Virus record (IMG/VR): IMGVR_UViG_3300025888_000024
Location: 1 to 31,340 of that record
Source: a virus
Lineage: Duplodnaviria > Caudoviricetes
DNA length: 31,340 bases
Reading direction: 5' to 3' (one strand)
The notes beneath the pieces are model-generated. The model searched no databases and was not told the origin of the DNA. It was given only the letters and a program-made list of their open reading frames with translations. Both the position numbers and the translations under genes were made by a program. Shown here in pieces: positions 15,938 to 22,732 of this stretch; position 1 is the first letter of the stretch, and every line of letters begins with the position of its first letter.

Positions 15938-16861
15938 TTGAGGTATGTCGAACTCTTCGCGGGAATCGGGGGATTCAGAGTCGGGCTTGAGAACGCCACA
16001 GATTGCGCGTCCTCTCAGGTCGGGGTGTCACGGCCCCCACGGCTTCGACAAGAAACATCCGGTCGATTTGATTGCGTGTTCGCCAACGAGAACGACAAGT
16101 ACGCCCGAAGCGTCTACAGATGCCACTTCGGAGACATCGACGGGCGAGACATTAGAGATGTTCCCCCCGGAGACATACCAGACGCCGACCTCTGGACCTT
16201 TGGAGCTCCTTGCCAGGATTTTTCGGTGGCTGGGAGAAGGGCAGGACTCGAAGGCGATCGCGGAAACCTTTTCCTCTACACACTTGACCTCATTGCGGAA
16301 AAAAGACCTCGCTATTTTCTCGCTGAAAACGTGCCTGGACTTCTATCAATCGACGGAGGAAAAGCCTTTGCCAACATCATCGGGCAGATTGCACAAATGG
16401 GGTATGACTGCCAGTGGGTCTGTCTTAACAGTAAGGACTTTGGGGTACCCCAGAACCGGGAACGCCTATTCGTTGTCGGACATCTTGGAGGAGAACGTAG
16501 ACCCGAAATACTTTCTTTCGGAAGCGCAGCTCGAGACAGTGAGCAACTATATGGGGCAAGGATAATGTGGCGAGATAGTTTCAGGCAGAAGTACATCGAA
16601 TCTGAAATCGCCGCACCCGTGAGAACCTGCGAAACCTTGAGGAATCAACTGGTATCAGGTATCCGCAGACTAACCCCCCTCGAAACAGAACGCCTCCAGG
16701 CCTTCCCCGACAACTGGACCGCGAAGGGCATAGACGACAACGGCAACGAGGTGGAGATAAGCGACACGCAACGCTACAAGATGTGCGGGAACGCTGTGAC
16801 GACAAGCGTCATAGCGCACTTTGCAAGAGCGTTGATACGAGCAAGTGGGGTGGAGAGATGA
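15938..16861 (+). CDS. dcm: DNA (cytosine-5)-methyltransferase
   Basis: Motifs ELFAGIGG (I), PCQDFS (IV), ENV (VI), PQNRERLF (VIII), RRLTPLETERLQAFP (IX), YKMCGNAV (X); TTG start. Confidence 0.93.
   Translation: MRYVELFAGIGGFRVGLENATDCASSQVGVSRPPRLRQETSGRFDCVFANENDKYARSVYRCHFGDIDGRDIRDVPPGDIPDADLWTFGAPCQDFSVAGRRAGLEGDRGNLFLYTLDLIAEKRPRYFLAENVPGLLSIDGGKAFANIIGQIAQMGYDCQWVCLNSKDFGVPQNRERLFVVGHLGGERRPEILSFGSAARDSEQLYGARIMWRDSFRQKYIESEIAAPVRTCETLRNQLVSGIRRLTPLETERLQAFPDNWTAKGIDDNGNEVEISDTQRYKMCGNAVTTSVIAHFARALIRASGVER
15945..16565 (+). CDS. Overlapping +1-frame ORF inside the C5-MTase (possible beta-subunit-like polypeptide)
   Basis: 206 open codons ending in WGMTASG...SLSDILEENVDPKYFLS; alternative start ATG 16158. 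Confidence 0.5.
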   Translation: MSNSSRESGDSESGLRTPQIARPLRSGCHGPHGFDKKHPVDLIACSPTRTTSTPEASTDATSETSTGETLEMFPPETYQTPTSGPLELLARIFRWLGEGQDSKAIAETFSSTHLTSLRKKDLAIFSLKTCLDFYQSTEEKPLPTSSGRLHKWGMTASGSVLTVRTLGYPRTGNAYSLSDILEENVDPKYFLSEAQLETVSNYMGQG

Positions 16862-17349
16862 AACAAATGAACACGGATGAAGTTTACAACAGGACAATGA
16901 TCAACACGACATGGGTTAAGAAAGCCGGTGGCGGCACCTGCAACGTGCCTTCTACCGAGGAAGCACACGAGGTCAAGAGATTGATCTGCAACCTCTACGA
17001 TCATGGAAGGAATAGGGATAAGCGTATCACCGCGCTTGAGGAGACGGTCGAGGTCGAGACGAAAGACTCCTATGATCACTATGCCGATTCTTTTGGCGAA
17101 GTGGAACAGCGACTCAACTACTTGGAAACCCTCCATTACAGGGGCAAATACCCCGCGAGACACAACTACAGCGACAGCATAGAGATTATCGCGTTTGAGA
17201 ACTGTCCTGTGCATTGTGACTCTTGCCGTGACCCCATAACTGAGGGCTACAAACTGTTTGTCGGTAAACCCTACGTCCCGCTTTATCTTTGCCTTGAGTG
17301 TGTGGAGTGCTGTGAGATGGAGTGCAAGGAGGCGTTGCGTGATGAGTGA
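16858..17349 (+). CDS. Hypothetical protein with C-terminal Cys cluster
   Basis: ATGA coupling; CDSC...LCLEC. Confidence 0.6.
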   Translation: MKQMNTDEVYNRTMINTTWVKKAGGGTCNVPSTEEAHEVKRLICNLYDHGRNRDKRITALEETVEVETKDSYDHYADSFGEVEQRLNYLETLHYRGKYPARHNYSDSIEIIAFENCPVHCDSCRDPITEGYKLFVGKPYVPLYLCLECVECCEMECKEALRDE

Positions 17350-17686
17350 GGGTCAGACACAACGGATTCGACGCTTGCGAGAGGCCCTGTTCCTTGTCAC
17401 TGACGACACGATTCTCGACATCCTCGAGGCTGTGCTGGCGGGGAACTATTACACCAGCGACTACATTGACCACGTGGAATATTCAGTGGATTTCTCAAGG
17501 GACAAGCCCTGCCCGACCTGCGGAGGGTGTGGCCGATGGCCAGGAACGTGGGGGATGGAATGCCCCACCTGCCACGGTGAAGGGGACGTCCCAACGATGA
17601 TTCCACCTTCGAGGGTTATCGAGTATGTGGATTGCCCCGACTGCGGCGGCGACCACTTTATTCCTGGCAAGGGAAGGGGAATGTAA
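17342..17686 (+). CDS. DnaJ-type CxxCxGxG zinc-finger protein
   Basis: CPTCGGCG, CPTCHGEG, CPDCGG; AGGAGG RBS. Confidence 0.65.
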   Translation: MSEGQTQRIRRLREALFLVTDDTILDILEAVLAGNYYTSDYIDHVEYSVDFSRDKPCPTCGGCGRWPGTWGMECPTCHGEGDVPTMIPPSRVIEYVDCPDCGGDHFIPGKGRGM

Positions 17687-17753
17687 TGACACCACTCACA
17701 GCCTACGCTGAGAACGGCATGGTGATCCTGATTCACGAAGGAGGTGCAGAACA

Positions 17754-18245
17754 TTGGGCGATAAGCGACAACTGAAGAACCCTTGGCCCGTAGACGATGT
17801 GCCGATAGACGATCTAAACGCTTGTTATCAGCGACAGCCCATCCCCGGCATCCCCGGCAACTCTCGCACATGGAAGACGCCGCTCACGTGGACTGAATCT
17901 CAAGGACCCCCAATTAGAACTTTCGCCACTGGCGCGACTCGGGACACCGAAGATGGCAAGCCAGACTTCGAAGGCTTCCTCTCGCCGCTCGTGATCGAGG
18001 CTTATGGCGACTACATGCAACGCCACCGCGTCCAGGCCGATGGCAACTTGAGGGATAGCGACAACTGGCAGCTCGGGCAGCCAAAGAACGTCTACATCAA
18101 ATCGGCTTGGCGGCACCTCATCGACCTTTGGAAAGAGCACCGCGGACATGCCTCGAGAGACGGGATAGACGAAGCTCTTGGAGGTTTGCTCTTCAACATT
18201 ATGGGTTACTGGCTGGAGTATCTGAGGGAGCGTGGCGTCGAGTGA
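17754..18245 (+). CDS. dATP/dGTP diphosphohydrolase-like protein (DUF5664-like)
   Basis: RTFATGATRD...GKPDFEGFLSP...DNWQLG.P...SAWRH; AAGGAGGTG RBS, TTG start. Confidence 0.7.
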   Translation: MGDKRQLKNPWPVDDVPIDDLNACYQRQPIPGIPGNSRTWKTPLTWTESQGPPIRTFATGATRDTEDGKPDFEGFLSPLVIEAYGDYMQRHRVQADGNLRDSDNWQLGQPKNVYIKSAWRHLIDLWKEHRGHASRDGIDEALGGLLFNIMGYWLEYLRERGVE

Positions 18246-18616
18246 AACGCTTTCTCGTTTTCATCGCCGGGCCATACAGCGCAAGCCCTACTCATGGCAC
18301 CAGGGCCGCATCTCTAGCTGGTAATTTGCTCTATGAGGCGGGATACGATGTCTACGAGCCACACCTTAGCCTCATCGACGACATCATCTCCCCACATGAT
18401 GAGAAATATTGGTACGAGCGAACACTGAGAATGGTTGACCACTGTCACATGCTCATCCGTCTCCCCGGCGAGTCTTGGGGCGCTGACCGTGAGTGCGAGA
18501 AAGCGGGCGAATTGGACATCCCGGTGTTTCGCGGTACGGCTGAGCAGTTTATCGAGGCAGACATTGACCCCAGGCGCTTCGAGGTCGAGCGAATCGAATG
18601 GGGGCCGGACTATTGA
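18242..18616 (+). CDS. DUF4406 / nucleoside deoxyribosyltransferase-fold protein
   Basis: VFIAGPYS...PH...W....L.MV..C...RLPGES.GAD.E...A...IPVF; GTGA coupling. Confidence 0.75.
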   Translation: MKRFLVFIAGPYSASPTHGTRAASLAGNLLYEAGYDVYEPHLSLIDDIISPHDEKYWYERTLRMVDHCHMLIRLPGESWGADRECEKAGELDIPVFRGTAEQFIEADIDPRRFEVERIEWGPDY

Positions 18617-18786
18617 AACTCTTGATTTTGATTCTGACCACGCTTTTGGTTCCCGTGTTCATCGCGCTCACCCTGATAGCGCGACCAGGGTGGCTGGCGG
18701 CACCGTGGGCATTCTGTGCTTGTTGTTTCGCGGCAGCCGCGACGATGGATTGGATTCTATGGAGCGATGAAAGGGAGGAAGAATGA
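18613..18786 (+). CDS. Small membrane protein
   Basis: Two hydrophobic stretches; TTGA coupling. Confidence 0.55.
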   Translation: MKLLILILTTLLVPVFIALTLIARPGWLAAPWAFCACCFAAAATMDWILWSDEREEE

Positions 18787-19034
18787 GCGACTATAACCGC
18801 CCCAACTATCCTGATAAGCGCACACCACTCAGGTCGATTCGATACTTTTGCCTCGATTGCACCTGTGGTCAACAGGTTCTAGTCACCGACTGCCCAGATG
18901 GAGCCTGCGCCCTGCACCCGTATCGCATGGGCAGGAATCCAGCGCGAGCCGGTCAGGGTGGCAACACTGATGCGCTACAGAAATATCGTGAAGCAAGGCC
19001 CAACACTGTGAAAGAACACTCAGAATCGACGTAG
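18783..19034 (+). CDS. Small Cys-rich phage protein
   Basis: TPLRSIRYFCLDC...CP...CALHPYRMG; GGAGG RBS. Confidence 0.7.
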   Translation: MSDYNRPNYPDKRTPLRSIRYFCLDCTCGQQVLVTDCPDGACALHPYRMGRNPARAGQGGNTDALQKYREARPNTVKEHSEST

Positions 19035-19116
19035 AGAGCTGGCGAGTACCGGAGTAAGGGGTGCGGAATTTGCGAGGCTTACAGACGAAAAAAGTGCGTT
19101 TCTTTGAGGAGGAAGA

Positions 19117-19497
19117 TTGATAGACGTCATGGAGTACATTGTGAAGCGTGAAGAGCAACTGGACCCTCCACGCCTTCTCTCTCGCGAGGACATGGTGGTG
19201 CTCGCCCTTGCCGACGACAGCCCCACTCCCGGCTTCTGCGATGCGTGTGATATCCCCGTCGGTGGCAATGGAACATTCTACCGCTGGTGTCCCGAATGCA
19301 GCAAGATTGCCAGTCGCTTCAAAAGCCGCGTCGGGATGCAGCGATTCGGGATGCCCCATGTTCAGAAGAGATGCAAATGTGGCGCACCCGTTTTGAAGGG
19401 CAATAACGCACACCGCTGTAACAAGTGCCAGCACGAATCAGAGTTGGCGTATCGGCGCAAATGGTATGCGAATCGCCAAAGGGAGGCAATGGTTTGA
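19117..19497 (+). CDS. Zinc-finger hypothetical protein
   Basis: Several CxxC pairs; GAGGAGG RBS, TTG start. Confidence 0.65.
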   Translation: MIDVMEYIVKREEQLDPPRLLSREDMVVLALADDSPTPGFCDACDIPVGGNGTFYRWCPECSKIASRFKSRVGMQRFGMPHVQKRCKCGAPVLKGNNAHRCNKCQHESELAYRRKWYANRQREAMV

Positions 19498-20033
19498 GTA
19501 ACACATACGGTCAAGAGAATCAGACTGGATTCCGGCACTTGAGCAAGATATACAAGGCGATTGAGCAAGCCGCCCTATCTAGCCCATGGCCCAAAGACCC
19601 GTATGTCGTCTTTCGCCGCGAGAAGGGCAGCGGTAAGGACAACAATCTCCCCACCCGCCAAGCCCTCCGCCCGCTGCGCAAGGTAAACTCATCCCTTCAC
19701 GACTACGCCGCCCAACTCGAAAGGGGCAGCGACAGTCGTTGGATACGGGATCGTCACTGTAACAATGAGACTGGATTCCGGCACTTGAGCCGTGTCTACA
19801 AAGCCATCGAGCAAGCGGCGTACTCAGATCCCCGGGACACCCGCCGGGCATTGAATTTATTGCGCGGGGTGGATCCATCCCTTCATGAAATCGCCGACGG
19901 ACTCGACGAGATGAGCGAAACCATCTGGTTGAAAGAGCGCAAGTGTACCCGGTGCGGCCTTCTCTACGAACCCGCGCCAGACGCGGATAGCGGGCATTGC
20001 ATCCTCTGCATCATGGAAGTGAAGAAAGCATAA
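19494..20033 (+). CDS. Hypothetical protein with internal domain duplication and C-terminal Zn ribbon
   Basis: Two copies of N.TGFRHLS..YKAIEQAA...LH..A..L...S...W...R.C; CTRC...CILC. Confidence 0.65.
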   Translation: MSNTYGQENQTGFRHLSKIYKAIEQAALSSPWPKDPYVVFRREKGSGKDNNLPTRQALRPLRKVNSSLHDYAAQLERGSDSRWIRDRHCNNETGFRHLSRVYKAIEQAAYSDPRDTRRALNLLRGVDPSLHEIADGLDEMSETIWLKERKCTRCGLLYEPAPDADSGHCILCIMEVKKA

Positions 20034-20046
20034 TCCCCGAATGGAT

Positions 20047-20075
20047 TTGACGACTTGACAGAAATATGTTACCCT
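20047..20075 (+). promoter_or_regulatory. Candidate promoter
   Basis: TTGACG-17 bp-TACCCT with an extended TG; a second TTGACA at 20055. Confidence 0.45.
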
Positions 20076-20113
20076 AGGGGGGGAGGGAGAAGTAAACTTC
20101 TCCAACCCCCGAT

Positions 20114-20136
20114 ACCGCCACTCAGGCGGTTTTTTT
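20114..20136 (+). terminator. Rho-independent terminator
   Basis: ACCGCC-actca-GGCGGT followed by a T-run. Confidence 0.75.
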
Positions 20137-20180
20137 ATGCCCTCACCTCGGGGGCGTTCTTCTATTCCTGGGGAGGAATC

Positions 20181-20438
20181 ATGGAACCACGCTGTCCGCT
20201 TTGTGGTGCGAAAAGTACATGGGTGCGCTTTCCAGACCTTGTACACAACGCCCGTCCCGACCTCCGAAATCGCTTTCCCGACGATTGCCACTTCTGCAAG
20301 GAAGAGGAGCGTTTGCATTGGAAGGACTGGGAACAGGGTATCGATGTTACCCAAGACGGAGGTACCCCCACCAATGCTAATGTCGAAGTACCCGGCGCGA
20401 ACTCCGCTGTGTATTTCCCGGGGAGGCGAATAGCATGA
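20181..20438 (+). CDS. Zn-ribbon hypothetical protein
   Basis: GGGGAGG RBS; CPLC...CHFC. Confidence 0.6.
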   Translation: MEPRCPLCGAKSTWVRFPDLVHNARPDLRNRFPDDCHFCKEEERLHWKDWEQGIDVTQDGGTPTNANVEVPGANSAVYFPGRRIA

Positions 20439-20611
20439 CTGGCATCAATGCTTATTTGCGGATGGAGCAGGACTACGCACTAGACATCAACTGGGACGAA
20501 CTTAGAGATTCTCCCGAACCCGTTTGTGAAATCACGGGCCTTGACCGCTGTGTGGATTGCCCCGAGTGGTGCCGAGAGGATAGGGAGTCCTGCCCCATTT
20601 CTGCGAAATAG
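20435..20611 (+). CDS. 58-aa Cys-rich hypothetical protein (not in the ORF track)
   Basis: CCCGGGGAGG RBS, ATGA coupling; MTGINAYLRMEQDY...CVDCPEWC. Confidence 0.55.
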   Translation: MTGINAYLRMEQDYALDINWDELRDSPEPVCEITGLDRCVDCPEWCREDRESCPISAK

Positions 20612-20759
20612 ACCTTTTGACCCAGCCGTCGTCGGGTCACGAAACATAGGCGACGATCACCTCCCCAGGCCCCGTTAGCCTCCCCTGACGGGGCTGCATA
20701 ATATTCATTCACATGAATGATTTGTGTTACTTCTGTTAACCATCAACTCTCGGAGTCAC

Positions 20760-20939
20760 ATGGATTCAATCTCTTTCCTTGCCATGATCGACGATACGGC
20801 GTCGGCTCTGAAAGTATCGGGCAACGGCAACGGAGGCAAGTTAACCCTCGCCTTCGACGACACCCAACTTGCAGAAGCGGTCAAGAGCGTTCTTCTTCGT
20901 GAACAGTTGCTCGTGGTCAAGATAGAGATTGCACCGTGA
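20760..20939 (+). CDS. Small hypothetical protein
   Basis: GGAG RBS; MDSISFLAMIDD...GGKLTLAFDDTQL. Confidence 0.6.
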   Translation: MDSISFLAMIDDTASALKVSGNGNGGKLTLAFDDTQLAEAVKSVLLREQLLVVKIEIAP

Positions 20940-21187
20940 TGGCCTTGGTCGACAAGTGCGAAGTACCAGGCTGCATGAGAGCCGCTACGCAAACCCACGA
21001 GATATTCACCCGCGGCGCATGGGGCAATGAGCACGCCAGAGTCCCGGTCAATATGTTCCATACGTGCGGAGAGCATCACAATCTCACGGGCGACTCATGG
21101 CACACACTGGGCAGGGATTCATTTGCTGAGAAGCATGGACTCACAGAGCGCGTACTAGAGGCAAGGCTCGTCGTGAAGGGATACTGA
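20939..21187 (+). CDS. Small HNH-like (DUF968-type) nuclease
   Basis: CEVPGC...THEI.TRG...TCGEHH...H..G...F.EKHG. Confidence 0.6.
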   Translation: MALVDKCEVPGCMRAATQTHEIFTRGAWGNEHARVPVNMFHTCGEHHNLTGDSWHTLGRDSFAEKHGLTERVLEARLVVKGY

Positions 21188-21216
21188 GGACACGCAACCC
21201 GGGGAGGATGAGAAGC

Positions 21217-21720
21217 ATGGAATGTATCGTGGGTAAGGGTGGTAGGCTTCACTCAGCCAAAGAGGATACTATCGAGGATGGGTATGCCACTACCGAGTGC
21301 GGTCGTGAAGCGATGTACTGCGGACGTTGCCATGACGAAGGCGAGAGGGAGTCTTGGTGTGTCGATGAATGCGTTTACAGTACCGCCGTTGGAGAGTGCG
21401 AGAAGTGTGGTGGGATAGGTCAGTACATAAGGAAGTGCGTTATATGTCATCGGCCTATAGAGGGTAGGGTCCGCAAGTCCAAGTTGTGCAATGACCCAGA
21501 GTGCAAGAAGAAGAGACGGGCGCAGGTAATGCACCAAAACTACTTGGGACGCAAGCGCAAGGTCTTAACCGAAGCCGCCAAGACAAGGCCATTGGGTGAA
21601 CCACCCAAGTGGTGGGTGAGTATATCGGGCGGTTCTGGTCTAACAGAATGGGGGGAACCTGGAATACCACACATCGAGGCCAGGGGACTAGGCCGCACGT
21701 GGAGGGCAGGAGCAGCATGA
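21217..21720 (+). CDS. Cys-rich hypothetical protein
   Basis: CCCGGGGAGG RBS; multiple CxxC motifs. Confidence 0.6.
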   Translation: MECIVGKGGRLHSAKEDTIEDGYATTECGREAMYCGRCHDEGERESWCVDECVYSTAVGECEKCGGIGQYIRKCVICHRPIEGRVRKSKLCNDPECKKKRRAQVMHQNYLGRKRKVLTEAAKTRPLGEPPKWWVSISGGSGLTEWGEPGIPHIEARGLGRTWRAGAA

Positions 21721-21872
21721 CACACTTGGGAACGATAGAGGCAACAGTGGCGATAGAGACGCTACCCCTGGCAGTACGGGAACGCATAGAGCAAGCATGG
21801 GCAGAGGTAGACAGGATCATGACAGAACGAATGGGTAAGGACTGGAGAGAACAGAAGTACGTCAGGATGTAG
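21717..21872 (+). CDS. Small hypothetical protein
   Basis: AGGAG RBS, ATGA coupling. Confidence 0.55.
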   Translation: MTHLGTIEATVAIETLPLAVRERIEQAWAEVDRIMTERMGKDWREQKYVRM

Positions 21873-22366
21873 AACAGTGGATGTATCATAAGCAATCCTT
21901 ATGAGTATGATAAGAGAAGCACATGATATGCACACTAAGCCGGGCGTATTCATTCGGGAGAAGCAGTCCAAAGCCTGCCTGCTTGCCCTCTACAAATGAT
22001 GGCTTGTAATAGATAACATTATTGTCCACTTATCATAACGACCCCTCATCCATAACGACGCTCCCAGCTGCAGAACCCCAACGGATGGCTCAAGGACGCG
22101 GAATATCGCAGTTGTGCGGATGTCCGGTAATATACATTATGTAAACCTAGTTCGAGGGAGTGGGGGGTTATACAAATGGTGGTTTGTATTAGACAAATCC
22201 TCACTCCTTTCGACCTCGCTCACCTAAAGGGCCTTGTCCATCTCAGAAACCTGCCCACCCAAAGGGCCTTCTTGCCAGTTCTTGCCATCTCAACAGTTAA
22301 CAATAGTTCACTCTAGTTCTCAGAATAGCACTTTCACGGCCGTGGAGTAACCCAGGGGAGGATGCC

Positions 22367-22639
22367 ATGAGCGTATGTGATGAGGGATGGGACGGCGATA
22401 ATTATTTTTACGAGTGGCTTTGCCCCTGTCTTTCTGAGGACGGCGATGCTAGAACCTGCGGTCTAGGCGTATGGGAAGATGAGAGAACCGTAGAAGAATT
22501 ACCATCCAACTGTCAATTCAAGAGGGTGTTGGAATGGTTGAGAGAAAGTCGAAAGACTGAATTTACAGAGGGTACTCCCGTTTATCAACAATGTTGGCAA
22601 AAGGTCGAGTTTTGGGTAATGAAGTTGGATGAGAAGTGA
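22367..22639 (+). CDS. Hypothetical protein
   Basis: GGGGAGG RBS. Confidence 0.6.
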   Translation: MSVCDEGWDGDNYFYEWLCPCLSEDGDARTCGLGVWEDERTVEELPSNCQFKRVLEWLRESRKTEFTEGTPVYQQCWQKVEFWVMKLDEK

Positions 22640-22732
22640 TGAGCGATTCGTGAGGTCAGATTTACGGTCAGTTCTTGAACGTGCGAACTCAGCACCCCCA
22701 CAGATTTTCTCTCAATCTCAATTCGGAGGCCA

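Larger units (their letters stand above)
15844..16861 (+). repeat. 15-bp direct repeats (15844-15858, 16847-16861) flanking the C5-MTase cassette
   Basis: GGGGTGGAGAGATGA at both gene junctions. Confidence 0.8.

Noticed and set aside
14427-16861. Restriction-modification system (HNH plus C5-MTase)
   Set aside because: The genes are separated by the replication initiator; both types are common orphans in phage early regions.
17754-18616. 2-aminoadenine (dZ) or other base-modification pathway
   Set aside because: A DUF5664-like gene is present, but no PurZ, DNA polymerase or queuosine-pathway genes are in the window.
19032-19148. Readthrough of the TAG ending ORF 18783-19034
   Set aside because: The extension would overlap the next gene and contains no convincing conserved motif.
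21873-22366. tRNA gene near GTTCGA at 22150
   Set aside because: No cloverleaf, D-arm or acceptor stem can be built.
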